From NCBI GenBank assembly GCA_032718475.1, contig JAUCBJ010007243.1:88079-152078 (forward strand): a DNA stretch of 64,000 bases, given 5' to 3'. Shown here piece by piece: positions 38,501-53,500 of this stretch (position 1 is its first letter; each line of letters opens with the position of its first letter). Position numbers and translations under genes: made by a program. The notes beneath the pieces were generated by a model that was not told the DNA's origin, searched no databases, and saw only the letters and a list, made by a program, of their open reading frames with translations. The stretch is from Nemertoderma westbladi. Its lineage: Eukaryota; Animalia; Xenacoelomorpha.

Positions 38501-41500
38501 GTATGTTGTATTGTTCAGTCCAGGTATGTTGTATTGGACAGTCCAGGTATGTTGTATTGTTCAGTCCAGGTATGTTGTATTGTTCAGTCCAGGTATGTTG
38601 TATTGTTCAATCCAGGTATGTTGTATTGTTCAGGCCAGGTATGTTCTATTGGACAGTCCAGGTATGTTATATTGTTCAGTCCAGGTATGTTGTATTGTTC
38701 AATCCAGGTATGTTCTATTGGACAGTCCAGGTATGTTGTATTGTTCAGTCCAGGTATGTTGTATTGTTCAATCCAGGTATGTTCTATTGGACAGTCCAGG
38801 TATGTTGTATTGTTCAGTCCAGGTATGTTGTATTGGACAGTCCAGGTATGTTGTATTGTTCAGTCCAGGTATGTTGTATTGTTCAGTCCAGGTATGTTGT
38901 ATTGTTCAATCCAGGTATGTTCTATTGGACAGTCCAGGTATGTTGTATTGTTCAATCCAGGTATGTTGTATTGTTCAGGCCAGGTATGTTGTATTGTTCA
39001 ATCCAGGTATGTTCTATTGGACAGTCCAGGTATGTTGTATTGTTCAGTCCAGGTATGTTCTATTGGACAGTCCAGGTATGTTGTATTGTTCAGTCCAGGT
39101 ATGTTGTATTGGACAGTCCAGGTATGTTGTATTGTTCAGTCCAGGTATGTTGTATTGTTCAGTCCAGGTATGTTGTATTGTTCAATCCAGGTATGTTCTA
39201 TTGGACAGTCCAGGTATGTTGTATTGTTCAGTCCAGGTATGTTGTATTGGACAGTCCAAGTATGTTGTATTGTTCAATCCAGGTATGTTCTATTGGACAG
39301 TCCAGGTATGTTGTATTGTTCAGTCCAGGTATGTTGTATTGGACAGTCCAGGTATGTTGTATTGTTCAGTCCAGGTATGTTGTATTGTTCAGTCCAGGTA
39401 TGTTGTATTGTTCAATCCAGGTATGTTCTATTGGACAGTCCAGGTATGTTGTATTGTTCAGTCCAGGTATGTTGTATTGGACAGTCCAGGTATGTTGTAT
39501 TGTTCAGTCCAGGTATGTTGTATTGTTCAGTCCAGGTATGTTGTATTGTTCAATCCAGGTATGTTCTATTGGACAGTCCAGGTATGTTGTATTGTTCAAT
39601 CCAGGTATGTTGTATTGTTCAGGCCAGGTATGTTGTATTGTTCAATCCAGGTATGTTCTATTGGACAGTCCAGGTATGTTGTATTGTTCAGTCCAGGTAT
39701 GTTCTATTGGACAGTCCAGGTATGTTGTATTGTTCAGGCCAGGTATGTTCTATTGGACAGTCCAGGTATGTTCTATTGGACAGTCCAGGTATGTTGTATT
39801 GTTCAGTCCAGGTATGTTGTATTGGACAGTCCAGGTATGTTGTATTGTTCAATCCAGGTATGTTGTATTGTTCAGGCCAGGTATGTTGTATTGTTCAATC
39901 CAGGTATGTTCTATTGGACAGTCCAGGTATGTTGTATTGTTCAGTCCAGGTATGTTCTATTGGACAGTCCAGGTATGTTGTATTGTTCAGGCCAGGTATG
40001 TTCTATTGGACAGTCCAGGTATGTTCTATTGGACAGTCCAGGTATGTTGTATTGTTCAGTCCAGGTATGTTGTATTGGACAGTCCAGGTATGTTGTATTG
40101 TTCAATCCAGGTATGTTGTATTGTTCAGGCCAGGTATGTTGTATTGTTCAATCCAGGTATGTTCTATTGGACAGTCCAGGTATGTTGTATTGTTCAATCC
40201 AGGTATGTTCTATTGGACAGTCCAGGTATGTTGTATTGTTCAGTCCAGGTATGTTCTATTGGACAGTCCAGGTATGTTGTATTGTTCAATCCAGGTATGT
40301 TGTATTGTTCAGGCCAGGTATGTTGTATTGTTCAATCCAGGTATGTTATATTGGACAGTCCAGGTATGTTGTATTGTTCAATCCAGGTATGTTGTATTGT
40401 TCAGGCCAGGTATGTTGTATTGGACAATCCAGGTATGTTCTATTGGACAGTCCAGGTATGTTGTATTGTTCAGTCCAGGTATGTTGTATTGGACAGTCCA
40501 GGTATGTTGTATTGTTCAGGCCAGGTATGTTGTATTGTTCAATCCAGGTATGTTATATTGGACAGTCCAGGTATGTTGTATTGTTCAGTCCAGGTATGTT
40601 CTATTGGACAGTCCAGGTATGTTGTATTGTTCAATCCAGGTATGTTGTATTGGACAGTCCAGGTATCTTGTATTGGACAGTCCAGGTATGTTGTATTGTT
40701 CAGTCCAGGTATGTTGTATTGGACAGTCCAGGTATGTTGTATTGTTCAGGCCAGGTATGTTGTATTGGACAATCCAGGTAGGTTGTATTGTTCAGTCCAG
40801 GTATGTTGTATTGGACAATCCAGGTATGTTCTATTGGACAGTCCAGGTATGTTGTATTGTTCAGTCCAGGTATGTTGTATTGTTCAGTCCAGGTATGTTG
40901 TATTGGACAGTCCAGGTATGTTCTATTGGACAGTCCAGGTATGTTGTATTGTTCAGTCCAGGTATGTTGTATTGTTCAGTCCAGGTATGTTGTATTGGAC
41001 AGTCCAGGTATGTTGTATTGTTCAGGCCAGGTATGTTGTATTGTTCAGTCCAGGTATGTTCTATTGGACAGTCCAGGTATGTTGTATTGTTCAGTCCAGG
41101 TATGTTCTATTGGACAGTCCAGGTATGTTGTATTGTTCAGTCCAGGTATGTTCTATTGGACAGTCCAGGTATGTTGTATTGTTCAGGCCAGGTATGTTGT
41201 ATTGTTCAGTCCAGGTATGTTCTATTGGACAGTCCAGGTATGTTGTATTGTTCAATCCAGGTATGTTATATTGGACAGTCCAGGTATGTTGTATTGTTCA
41301 GTCCAGGTATGTTGTATTGGACAGTCCAGGTATGTTCTATTGGACAGTCCAGGTATGTTGTATTGTTCAGTCCAGGTATGTTGTATTGTTCAGTCCAGGT
41401 ATGTTGTATTGGACAGTCCAGGTATGTTGTATTGTTCAGGCCAGGTATGTTGTATTGTTCAGTCCAGGTATGTTCTATTGGACAGTCCAGGTATGTTGTA

Positions 41501-44500
41501 TTGTTCAGTCCAGGTATGTTCTATTGGACAGTCCAGGTATGTTGTATTGGACAGTCCAGGTATGTTGTATTGTTCAGTCCAGGTATGTTCTATTGGACAG
41601 TCCAGGTATGTTGTATTGTTCAGTCCAGGTATGTTGTATTGTTCAGTCCAGGTATGTTATATTGGACAGTCCAGGTATGTTGTATTGTTCAGTCCAGGTA
41701 TGTTCTATTGGACAGTCCAGGTATGTTGTATTGTTCAGTCCAGGTATGTTCTATTGGACAGTCCAGGTATGTTCTATTGGACAGTCCAGGTATGTTGTAT
41801 TGTTCAGTCCAGGTATGTTGTATTGGACAGTCCAGGTATGTTGTATTGTTCAGGCCAGGTATGTTGTATTGTTCAGTCCAGGTATGTTCTATTGGACAGT
41901 CCAGGTATGTTGTATTGTTCAGTCCAGGTATGTTGTATTGTTCAGTCCAGGTATGTTATATTGGACAGTCCAGGTATGTTGTATTGTTCAGTCCAGGTAT
42001 GTTCTATTGGACAGTCCAGGTATGTTGTATTGTTCAGTCCAGGTATGTTCTATTGGACAGTCCAGGTATGTTCTATTGGACAGTCCAGGTATGTTCTATT
42101 GGACAGTCCAGGTAGGTTGTATTGTTCAGTCCAGGTATGTTGTATTGTTCAATCCAGGTAGGTTGTATTGTTCAATCCAGGTAGGTTGTATTGTTCAGTC
42201 CAGGTATGTTCTATTGGACAGTCCAGGTATGTTCTATTGGACAGTCCAGGTATGTTCTATTGGACAGTCCAGGTAGGTTGTATTGTTCAGTCCAGGTATG
42301 TTGTATTGTTCAATCCAGGTAGGTTGTATTGTTCAGTCCAGGTATGTTCTATTGGACAGTCCAGGTATGTTCTATTGGACAGTCCAGGTAGGTTGTATTG
42401 TTCAGTCCAGGTATGTTGTATTGTTCAATCCAGGTAGGTTGTATTGTTCAGTCCAGGTATGTTCTATTGGACAGTCCAGGTATGTTCTATTGGACAGTCC
42501 AGGTAGGTTGTATTGTTCAGTCCAGGTATGTTCTATTGGACAGTCCAGGTATGTTCTATTGGACAGTCCAGGTAGGTTGTATTGTTCAGTCCAGGTATGT
42601 TGTATTGTTCAATCCAGGTAGGTTGTATTGTTCAGTCCAGGTATGTTCTATTGGACAGTCCAGGTATGTTCTATTGGACAGTCCAGGTATGTTCTATTGG
42701 ACAGTCCAGGTATGTTCTATTGGACAGTCCAGGTATGTTCTATTAGACAGTCCAGGTATGTTCTATTGGACAGTCCAGGTATGTTCTATTAGACAGTCCA
42801 GGTATGTTATATTGTTCAGTCCAGGTATGTTCTATTGGACAGTCCAGGTATGTTGTATTGGACAGTCCAGGTATGTTATATTGTTCAGTCCAGGTATGTT
42901 CTATTGGACAGTCCAGGTATGTTCTATTGGACAGTCCAGGTATGTTGTATTGTTCAATCCAGGTATGTTATATTGGACAGTCCAGGTATGTTGTATTGTT
43001 CAGTCCAGGTATGTTCTATTGGACAGTCCAGGTATGTTGTATTGGACAGTCCAGGTATGTTGTATTGTTCAGGCCAGGTATGTTGTATTGTTCAATCCAG
43101 GTATGTTATATTGGACAGTCCAGGTATGTTGTATTGTTCAGTCCAGGTATGTTCTATTGGACAGTCCAGGTATGTTGTATTGTTCAGTCCAGGTATGTTG
43201 TATTGTTCAGTCCAGGTATGTTCTATTGGACAGTCCAGGTATGTTGTATTGTTCAATCCAGGTATGTTATATTGGACAGTCCAGGTATGTTGTATTGTTC
43301 AGTCCAGGTATGTTCTATTGGACAGTCCAGGTATGTTGTATTGGACAGTCCAGGTATGTTGTATTGTTCAGGCCAGGTATGTTCTATTGGACAGTCCAGG
43401 TATGTTCTATTGGACAGTCCAGGTATGTTGTATTGTTCAGTCCAGGTATGTTGTATTGTTCAGGCCAGGTATGTTGTATTGTTCAATCCAGGTATGTTCT
43501 ATTGGACAGTCCAGGTATGTTCTATTGGACAGTCCAGGTATGTTGTATTGTTCAATCCAGGTATGTTCTATTGGACAGTCCAGGTATGTTCTATTGGACA
43601 GTCCAGGTATGTTCTATTGGACAGTCCAGGTATGTTGTATTGGACAGTCCAGGTATGTTGTATTGTTCAGTCCAGGTATGTTCTATTGGACAGTCCAGGT
43701 ATGTTCTATTGGACAGTCCAGGTATGTTGTATTGTTCAGTCCAGGTATGTTGTATTGTTCAGGCCAGGTATGTTGTATTGTTCAATCCAGGTATGTTCTA
43801 TTGGACAGTCCAGGTATGTTGTATTGTTCAATCCAGGTATGTTGTATTGTTCAGTCCAGGTATGTTGTATTGGACAGTCCAGGTATGTTGTATTGGACAG
43901 TCCAGGTATGTTCTATTGGACAGTCCAGGTAGGTTGTATTGTTCAGTCCATGTATGTTGTATTGGACAGTCCAGGTATCTTGTATTGGACAGTCCAGGTA
44001 TGTTGTATTGTTCAGTCCAGGTATGTTGTATTGGACAGTCCAGGTATGTTGTATTGTTCAATCCAGGTATGTTATATTGGACAGTCCAGGTATGTTGTAT
44101 TGTTCAGTCCAGGTATGTTCTATTGGACAGTCCAGGTATGTTGTATTGTTCAGTCCAGGTATGTTGTATTGTTCAGTCCAGGTATGTTCTATTGGACAGT
44201 CCAGGTATGTTGTATTGTTCAATCCAGGTATGTTATATTGGACAGTCCAGGTATGTTGTATTGTTCAGTCCAGGTATGTTCTATTGGACAGTCCAGGTAT
44301 GTTGTATTGGACAGTCCAGGTATGTTGTATTGTTCAGGCCAGGTATGTTGTATTGTTCAATCCAGGTATGTTATATTGGACAGTCCAGGTATGTTGTATT
44401 GTTCAGTCCAGGTATGTTCTATTGGACAGTCCAGGTATGTTCTATTGGACAGTCCAGGTATGTTGTATTGTTCAATCCAGGTATGTTGTATTGTTCAGTC

Positions 44501-47500
44501 CAGGTATGTTGTATTGGACAGTCCAGGTATGTTGTATTGGACAGTCCAGGTATGTTCTATTGGACAGTCCAGGTAGGTTGTATTGTTCAGTCCATGTATG
44601 TTGTATTGGACAGTCCAGGTATCTTGTATTGGACAGTCCAGGTATGTTGTATTGTTCAGTCCAGGTATGTTGTATTGGACAGTCCAGGTATGTTGTATTG
44701 TTCAGGCCAGGTATGTTGTATTGGACAATCCAGGTAGGTTGTATTGTTCAGTCCAGGTATGTTGTATTGGACAATCCAGGTATGTTCTATTGGACAGTCC
44801 AGGTATGTTGTATTGTTCAGTCCAGGTATGTTGTATTGGACAGTCCAGGTATGTTGTATTGTTCAGTCCAGGTATGTTGTATTGGACAGTCCAGGTATGT
44901 TGTATTGTTCAGTCCAGGTATGTTGTATTGTTCAGTCCAGGTATGTTGTATTGGACAGTCCAGGTATGTTCTATTGGACAGTCCAGGTATGTTGTATTGT
45001 TCAGTCCAGGTATGTTGTATTGTTCAGTCCAGGTATGTTGTATTGGACAGTCCAGGTATGTTGTATTGTTCAGGCCAGGTATGTTGTATTGTTCAGTCCA
45101 GGTATGTTGTATTGTTCAGTCCAGGTATGTTGTATTGGACAGTCCAGGTATGTTCTATTGGACAGTCCAGGTATGTTGTATTGTTCAGTCCAGGTATGTT
45201 GTATTGGACAGTCCAGGTATGTTGTATTGTTCAGTCCAGGTATGTTGTATTGGACAGTCCAGGTATGTTGTATTGTTCAGTCCAGGTATGTTGTATTGTT
45301 CAGTCCAGGTATGTTGTATTGGACAGTCCAGGTATGTTCTATTGGACAGTCCAGGTATGTTGTATTGTTCAGTCCAGGTATGTTGTATTGTTCAGTCCAG
45401 GTATCTTGTATTGGACAGTCCAGGTATGTTGTATTGGACAGTCCAGGTATGTTGTATTGTTCAGTCCAGGTATGTTGTATTGGACAGTCCAGGTATGTTG
45501 TATTGTTCAGTCCAGGTATGTTGTATTGTTCAGTCCAGGTATGTTGTATTGGACAGTCCAGGTATGTTCTATTGGACAGTCCAGGTATGTTGTATTGTTC
45601 AGTCCAGGTATGTTGTATTGTTCAGTCCAGGTATGTTGTATTGGACAGTCCAGGTATGTTGTATTGTTCAGGCCAGGTATGTTGTATTGTTCAATCCAGG
45701 TATGTTCTATTGGACAGTCCAGGTATGTTCTATTGGACAGTCCAGGTATGTTGTATTGTTCAGTCCAGGTATGTTGTATTGTTCAATCCAGGTATGTTCT
45801 ATTGGACAGTCCAGGTATGTTCTATTGGACAATCCAGGTATGTTGTATTGTTCAGTCCAGGTATGTTCTATTGGACAGTCCAGGTATGTTGTATTGTTCA
45901 ATCCAGGTATGTTCTATTGGACAGTCCAGGTATGTTCTATTGGACAGTCCAGGTATGTTGTATTGGACAGTCCAGGTATGTTGTATTGGACAGTCCAGGT
46001 ATGTTCTATTGGACAGTCCAGGTATGTTCTATTGGACAGTCCAGGTATGTTGTATTGTTCAATCCAGGTATGTTCTATTGGACAGTCCAGGTATGTTCTA
46101 TTGGACAGTCCAGGTATGTTGTATTGTTCAGGCCAGGTATGTTGTATTGTTCAATCCAGGTATGTTCTATTGGACAGTCCAGGTATGTTGTATTGTTCAG
46201 TCCAGGTATGTTGTATTGGACAGTCCAGGTATGTTGTATTGTTCAGTCCAGGTATGTTGTATTGTTCAGGCCAGGTATGTTGTATTGTTCAATCCAGGTA
46301 TGTTCTATTGGACAGTCCAGGTATGTTGTATTGGACAGTCCAGGTATGTTGTATTGTTCAGGCCAGGTATGTTGTATTGTTCAATCCAGGTATGTTATAT
46401 TGGACAGTCCAGGTATGTTGTATTGTTCAGTCCAGGTATGTTCTATTGGACAGTCCAGGTATGTTGTATTGTTCAATCCAGGTATGTTGTATTGTTCAGT
46501 CCAGGTATGTTGTATTGGACAGTCCAGGTATGTTGTATTGGACAGTCCAGGTATGTTCTATTGGACAGTCCAGGTAGGTTGTATTGTTCAGTCCATGTAT
46601 GTTGTATTGGACAGTCCAGGTATCTTGTATTGGACAGTCCAGGTATGTTGTATTGTTCAGTCCAGGTATGTTGTATTGGACAGTCCAGGTATGTTGTATT
46701 GTTCAGGCCAGGTATGTTGTATTGGACAATCCAGGTAGGTTGTATTGGACAGTCCAGGTATGTTGTATTGGACAGTCCAGGTATGTTGTATTGTTCAGTC
46801 CAGGTATGTTGTATTGGACAGTCCAGGTATGTTGTATTGTTCAGGCCAGGTATGTTGTATTGGACAATCCAGGTAGGTTGTATTGGACAGTCCAGGTATG
46901 TTGTATTGGACAGTCCAGGTATGTTGTATTGTTCAGTCCAGGTAGGTTGTATTGGACAATCCAGGTATGTTCTATTGGACAGTCCAGGTATCTTGTATTG
47001 GACAGTCCAGGTATGTTGTATTGTTCAGTCCAGGTATGTTGTATTGGACAGTCCAGGTATGTTCTATTGGACAGTCCAGGTATGTTGTATTGTTCAGTCC
47101 AGGTATGTTGTATTGGACAATCCAGGTATGTTCTATTGGACAGTCCAGGTATCTTGTATTGGACAGTCCAGGTATGTTGTATTGTTCAGTCCAGGTATGT
47201 TGTATTGGACAGTCCAGGTATGTTCTATTGGACAGTCCAGGTATGTTCTATTGGACAGTCCAGGTATGTTGTATTGTTCAGGCCAGGTATGTTGTATTGT
47301 TCAATCCAGGTATGTTCTATTGGACAGTCCAGGTATGTTGTATTGTTCAATCCAGGTATGTTGTATTGGACAGTCCAGGTATGTTCTATTGGACAGTCCA
47401 GGTATGTTCTATTGGACAGTCCAGGTATGTTGTATTGTTCAGGCCAGGTATGTTGTATTGTTCAATCCAGGTATGTTCTATTGGACAGTCCAGGTATGTT

Positions 47501-50500
47501 GTATTGTTCAATCCAGGTATGTTCTATTGGACAGTCCAGGTATGTTGTATTGTTCAATCCAGGTATGTTGTATTGGACAGTCCAGGTATGTTGTATTGGA
47601 CAATCCAGGTATGTTGTATTGTTCAGGCCAGGTATGTTGTATTGTTCAATCCAGGTATGTTCTATTGGACAGTCCAGGTATGTTGTATTGGACAGTCCAG
47701 GTATGTTCTATTGGACAGTCCAGGTATGTTGTATTGGACAGTCCATGTATGTTGTATTGTTCAGGCCAGGTATGTTGTATTGTTCAATCCAGGTATGTTC
47801 TATTGGACAGTCCAGGTATGTTGTATTGGACAGTCCAGGTATGTTGTATTGTTCAGTCCAGGTATGTTGTATTGGACAATCCAGGTATGTTCTATTGGAC
47901 AGTCCAGGTATCTTGTATTGGACAGTCCAGGTATGTTGTATTGTTCAGTCCAGGTATGTTGTATTGGACAGTCCAGGTATGTTCTATTGGACAGTCCAGG
48001 TATGTTCTATTGGACAGTCCAGGTATGTTGTATTGTTCAGGCCAGGTATGTTGTATTGTTCAATCCAGGTATGTTCTATTGGACAGTCCAGGTATGTTGT
48101 ATTGTTCAATCCAGGTATGTTCTATTGGACAGTCCAGGTATGTTGTATTGTTCAATCCAGGTATGTTGTATTGGACAGTCCAGGTATGTTGTATTGGACA
48201 ATCCAGGTATGTTCTATTGGACAGTCCAGGTATCTTGTATTGGACAGTCCAGGTATGTTGTATTGTTCAGTCCAGGTATGTTGTATTGGACAGTCCAGGT
48301 ATGTTGTATTGTTCAGGCCAGGTATGTTGTATTGGACAGTCCAGGTAGGTTGTATTGTTCAGTCCAGGTATGTTGTATTGGACAATCCAGGTATGTTCTA
48401 TTGGACAGTCCAGGTATCTTGTATTGGACAGTCCAGGTATGTTGTATTGTTCAGTCCAGGTATGTTGTATTGGACAGTCCAGGTATGTTGTATTGTTCAG
48501 GCCAGGTATGTTGTATTGGACAGTCCAGGTATGTTGTATTGTTCAGTCCAGGTATGTTGTATTGGACAGTCCAGGTATCTTGTATTGGACAGTCCAGGTA
48601 TGTTCTATTGGACAGTCCAGGTATGTTGTATTGTTCAGTCCAGGTATGTTGTATTGGACAATCCAGGTATGTTCTATTGGACAGTCCAGGTATCTTGTAT
48701 TGGACAGTCCAGGTATGTTGTATTGTTCAGTCCAGGTATGTTGTATTGGACAGTCCAGGTATGTTCTATTGGACAGTCCAGGTATGTTCTATTGGACAGT
48801 CCAGGTATGTTGTATTGTTCAGTCCAGGTATGTTGTATTGGACAATCCAGGTATGTTCTATTGGACAGTCCAGGTATCTTGTATTGGACAGTCCAGGTAT
48901 GTTGTATTGTTCAGTCCAGGTATGTTGTATTGGACAGTCCAGGTATGTTGTATTGTTCAGGCCAGGTATGTTGTATTGGACAGTCCAGGTATGTTGTATT
49001 GTTCAGTCCAGGTATGTTGTATTGGACAGTCCAGGTATCTTGTATTGGACAGTCCAGGTATGTTGTATTGTTCAGTCCAGGTATGTTGTATTGGACAGTC
49101 CAGGTATGTTGTATTGTTCAGGCCAGGTATGTTGTATTGGACAATCCAGGTAGGTTGTATTGGACAGTCCAGGTATGTTGTATTGTTCAGTCCAGGTATG
49201 TTGTATTGTTCAGTCCAGGTATGTTGTATTGGACAATCCAGGTATGTTCTATTGGACAGTCCAGGTATCTTGTATTGGACAGTCCAGGTATGTTGTATTG
49301 TTCAGTCCAGGTATGTTGTATTGGACAGTCCAGGTATGTTCTATTGGACAGTCCAGGTATGTTGTATTGTTCAGTCCAGGTATGTTGTATTGGACAATCC
49401 AGGTATGTTCTATTGGACAGTCCAGGTATCTTGTATTGGACAGTCCAGGTATGTTGTATTGTTCAGTCCAGGTATGTTGTATTGGACAGTCCAGGTATGT
49501 TCTATTGGACAGTCCAGGTATGTTCTATTGGACAGTCCAGGTATGTTGTATTGTTCAGTCCAGGTATGTTGTATTGGACAATCCAGGTATGTTCTATTGG
49601 ACAGTCCAGGTATCTTGTATTGGACAGTCCAGGTATGTTGTATTGTTCAGTCCAGGTATGTTATATTGTTCAGTCCAGGTATGTTGTATTGTTCAGTCCA
49701 GGTATGTTGTATTGGACAGTCCAGGTATGTTGTATTGTTCAGGCCAGGTATGTTGTATTGTTCAGTCCAGGTATGTTGTATTGGACAGTCCAGGTATGTT
49801 GTATTGTTCAGGCCAGGTATGTTGTATTGGACAGTCCAGGTAGGTTGTATTGTTCAGTCCAGGTATGTTGTATTGGACAATCCAGGTATGTTCTATTGGA
49901 CAGTCCAGGTATGTTGTATTGTTCAGTCCAGGTATGTTGTATTGGACAGTCCAGGTATGTTGTATTGTTCAGTCCAGGTAGGTTGTATTGGACAGTCCAG
50001 GTATGTTGTATTGTTCAGGCCAGGTATGTTGTATTGGACAGTCCAGGTAGGTTGTATTGTTCAGTCCAGGTATGTTGTATTGGACAATCCAGGTATGTTC
50101 TATTGGACAGTCCAGGTATGTTGTATTGTTCAGTCCAGGTATGTTGTATTGGACAGTCCAGGTATGTTGTATTGTTCAGGCCAGGTATGTTGTATTGGAC
50201 AGTCCAGGTAGGTTGTATTGTTCAGTCCAGGTATGTTGTATTGGACAATCCAGGTATGTTCTATTGGACAGTCCAGGTATGTTGTATTGTTCAGTCCAGG
50301 TATGTTGTATTGTTCAGTCCAGGTAGGTTGTATTGTTCAGTCCATGTATGTTGTATTGGACAATCCAGGTATGTTCTATTGGACAGTCCAGGTATGTTGT
50401 ATTGTTCAGTCCAGGTATGTTGTATTGTTCAGTCCAGGTAGGTTGTATTGTTCAGTCCATGTATGTTGTATTGGACAATCCAGGTATGTTCTATTGGACA

Positions 50501-53500
50501 GTCCAGGTATGTTGTATTGTTCAGTCCAGGTATGTTGTATTGTTCAGTCCATGTATGTTGTATTGGACAATCCAGGTATGTTCTATTGGACAGTCCAGGT
50601 ATGTTGTATTGTTCAGTCCAGGTATGTTGTATTGTTCAGTCCATGTATGTTGTATTGTTCAGTCCATGTATGTTGTATTGGACAATCCAGGTATGTTCTA
50701 TTGGACAGTCCAGGTATGTTGTATTGTTCAGTCCAGGTATGTTGTATTGTTCAGTCCAGGTAGGTTGTATTGTTCAGTCCATGTATGTTGTATTGGACAA
50801 TCCAGGTATGTTCTATTGGACAGTCCAGGTATGTTGTATTGTTCAGTCCAGGTATGTTGTATTGTTCAGTCCAGGTAGGTTGTATTGTTCAGTCCAGGTA
50901 TGTTGTATTGGACAGTCCATGTATGTTGTATTGGACAGTCCAGGTATGTTCTATTGGACAGTCCAGGTATGTTGTATTGTTCAGTCCAGGTATGTTGTAT
51001 TGTTCAGTCCAGGTATGTTGTATTGGACAGTCCAGGTATGTTGTATTGTTCAGGCCAGGTATGTTGTATTGTTCAATCCAGGTATGTTATATTGGACAGT
51101 CCAGGTATGTTGTATTGTTCAGTCCAGGTATGTTCTATTGGACAGTCCAGGTATGTTGTATTGGACAGTCCAGGTATGTTGTATTGTTCAGGCCAGGTAT
51201 GTTGTATTGTTCAATCCAGGTATGTTATATTGGACAGTCCAGGTATGTTGTATTGTTCAGTCCAGGTATGTTCTATTGGACAGTCCAGGTATGTTGTATT
51301 GTTCAATCCAGGTATGTTGTATTGTTCAGGCCAGGTATGTTGTATTGTTCAATCCAGGTATGTTATATTGGACAGTCCAGGTATGTTGTATTGTTCAATC
51401 CAGGTATGTTGTATTGTTCAGGCCAGGTATGTTGTATTGTTCAATCCAGGTATGTTGTATTGGACAGTCCAGGTATGTTGTATTGTTCAGGCCAGGTATG
51501 TTGTATTGTTCAATCCAGGTATGTTATATTGGACAGTCCAGGTATGTTGTATTGTTCAGTCCAGGTATGTTCTATTGGACAGTCCAGGTATGTTGTATTG
51601 TTCAATCCAGGTATGTTGTATTGTTCAATCCAGGTATGTTCTATTGTTCAGTCCAGGTATGTTGTATTGTTCAGTCCAGGTATGTTCTATTGGACAGTCC
51701 AGGTATGTCCTATTGGACAATCCAAGTATGTTGTATTGTTCAGTCCAGGTATGTTGTATTGTTCAGTCCATGTATGTTGTATTGTTCAGTCCATGTATGT
51801 TGTATTGTTCAGTCCAGGTATGTTGTATTGGACAATCCAGGTAGGTTGTATTGTTCAGTCCAGGTATGTTGTATTGTTCAGTCCAGGTATGTTGTATTGG
51901 ACAATCCAGGTATGTTCTATTGGACAGTCCAGGTAGGTTGTATTGTTCAGTCCAGGTATGTTGTATTGTTCAGTCCATGTATGTTGTATTGTTCAGTCCA
52001 TGTATGTTGTATTGTTCAGTCCAGGTATGTTGTATTGGACAATCCAGGTAGGTTGTATTGTTCAGTCCAGGTATGTTGTATTGTTCAGTCCAGGTATGTT
52101 GTATTGGACAATCCAGGTATGTTCTATTGGACAGTCCAGGTAGGTTGTATTGGACAATCCAGGTATGTTCTATTGGACAGTCCAGGTATGTTCTATTAGA
52201 CAGTCCAGGTATGTTGTATTGGACAGTCCAGGTATGTTGTATTGTTCAGTCCAGGTATGTTGTATTGGACAATCCAGGTAGGTTGTATTGTTCAGTCCAT
52301 GTATGTTGTATTGGACAATCCAGGTATGTTCTATTGGACAGTCCAGGTATGTTCTATTAGACAGTCCAGGTATGTTGTATTGGACAGTCCAGGTAGGTTG
52401 TATTGTTCAGTCCAGGTATGTTGTATTGGACAGTCCAGGTATGTTGTATTGTTCAGTCCAGGTATGTTGTATTGGACAATCCAGGTAGGTTGTATTGTTC
52501 AGTCCATGTATGTTGTATTGGACAATCCAGGTATGTTCTATTGGACAGTCCAGGTATGTTCTATTAGACAGTCCAGGTATGTTGTATTGGACAGTCCAGG
52601 TAGGTTGTATTGTTCAGTCCAGGTATGTTGTATTGTTCAATCCAGGTATGTTGTATTGGACAATCCAGGTATGTTCTATTGGACAGTCCAGGTAGGTTGT
52701 ATTGTTCAGTCCAGGTATGTTGTATTGGACAGTCCAGGTATGTTGTATTGGACAGCCCAGGTATGTTGTATTGGACAGTCCAGGTATGTTGTATTGTTCA
52801 GTCCAGGTATGTTGTATTGGACAATCCAGGTATGTTCTATTGGACAGTCCAGGTAGGTTGTATTGTTCAGTCCAGGTATGTTGTATTGTTCAGTCCATGT
52901 ATGTTGTATTGGACAGCCCAGGTATGTTGTATTGGACAGTCCAGGTATGTTGTATTGTTCAGTCCAGGTATGTTGTATTGGACAGTCCAGGTATGTTGTA
53001 TTGGACAGTCCAGGTAGGTTGTATTGTTCAGTCCAGGTATGTTGTATTGTTCAGTCCATGTATGTTGTATTGGACAGCCCAGGTATGTTGTATTGGACAG
53101 TCCAGGTATGTTGTATTGTTCAGTCCAGGTATGTTGTATTGGACAGTCCAGGTATGTTGTATTGTTCAGTCCAGGTATGTTGTATTGGACAGTCCAGGTA
53201 TGTTATATTGTTCAGTCCAGGTATGTTGTATTGGACAGTCCAGGTAGGTTGTATTGTTCAGTCCAGGTATGTTGTATTGTTCAGTCCAGGTATGTTGTAT
53301 TGGACAGTCCAGGTATGTTGTATTGTTCAGTCCAGGTATGTTGTATTGGACAATCCGGGTATATTCTATTGGACAGTCCAGGTATGTTGTATTGGACAAT
53401 CCAGGTATGTTGTATTGGACAGTCCAGGTATGTTGTATTGGACAATCCAGGTATGTTCTATTGGACAGTCCAGGTATGTTGTATTGTTCAGTCCAGGTAT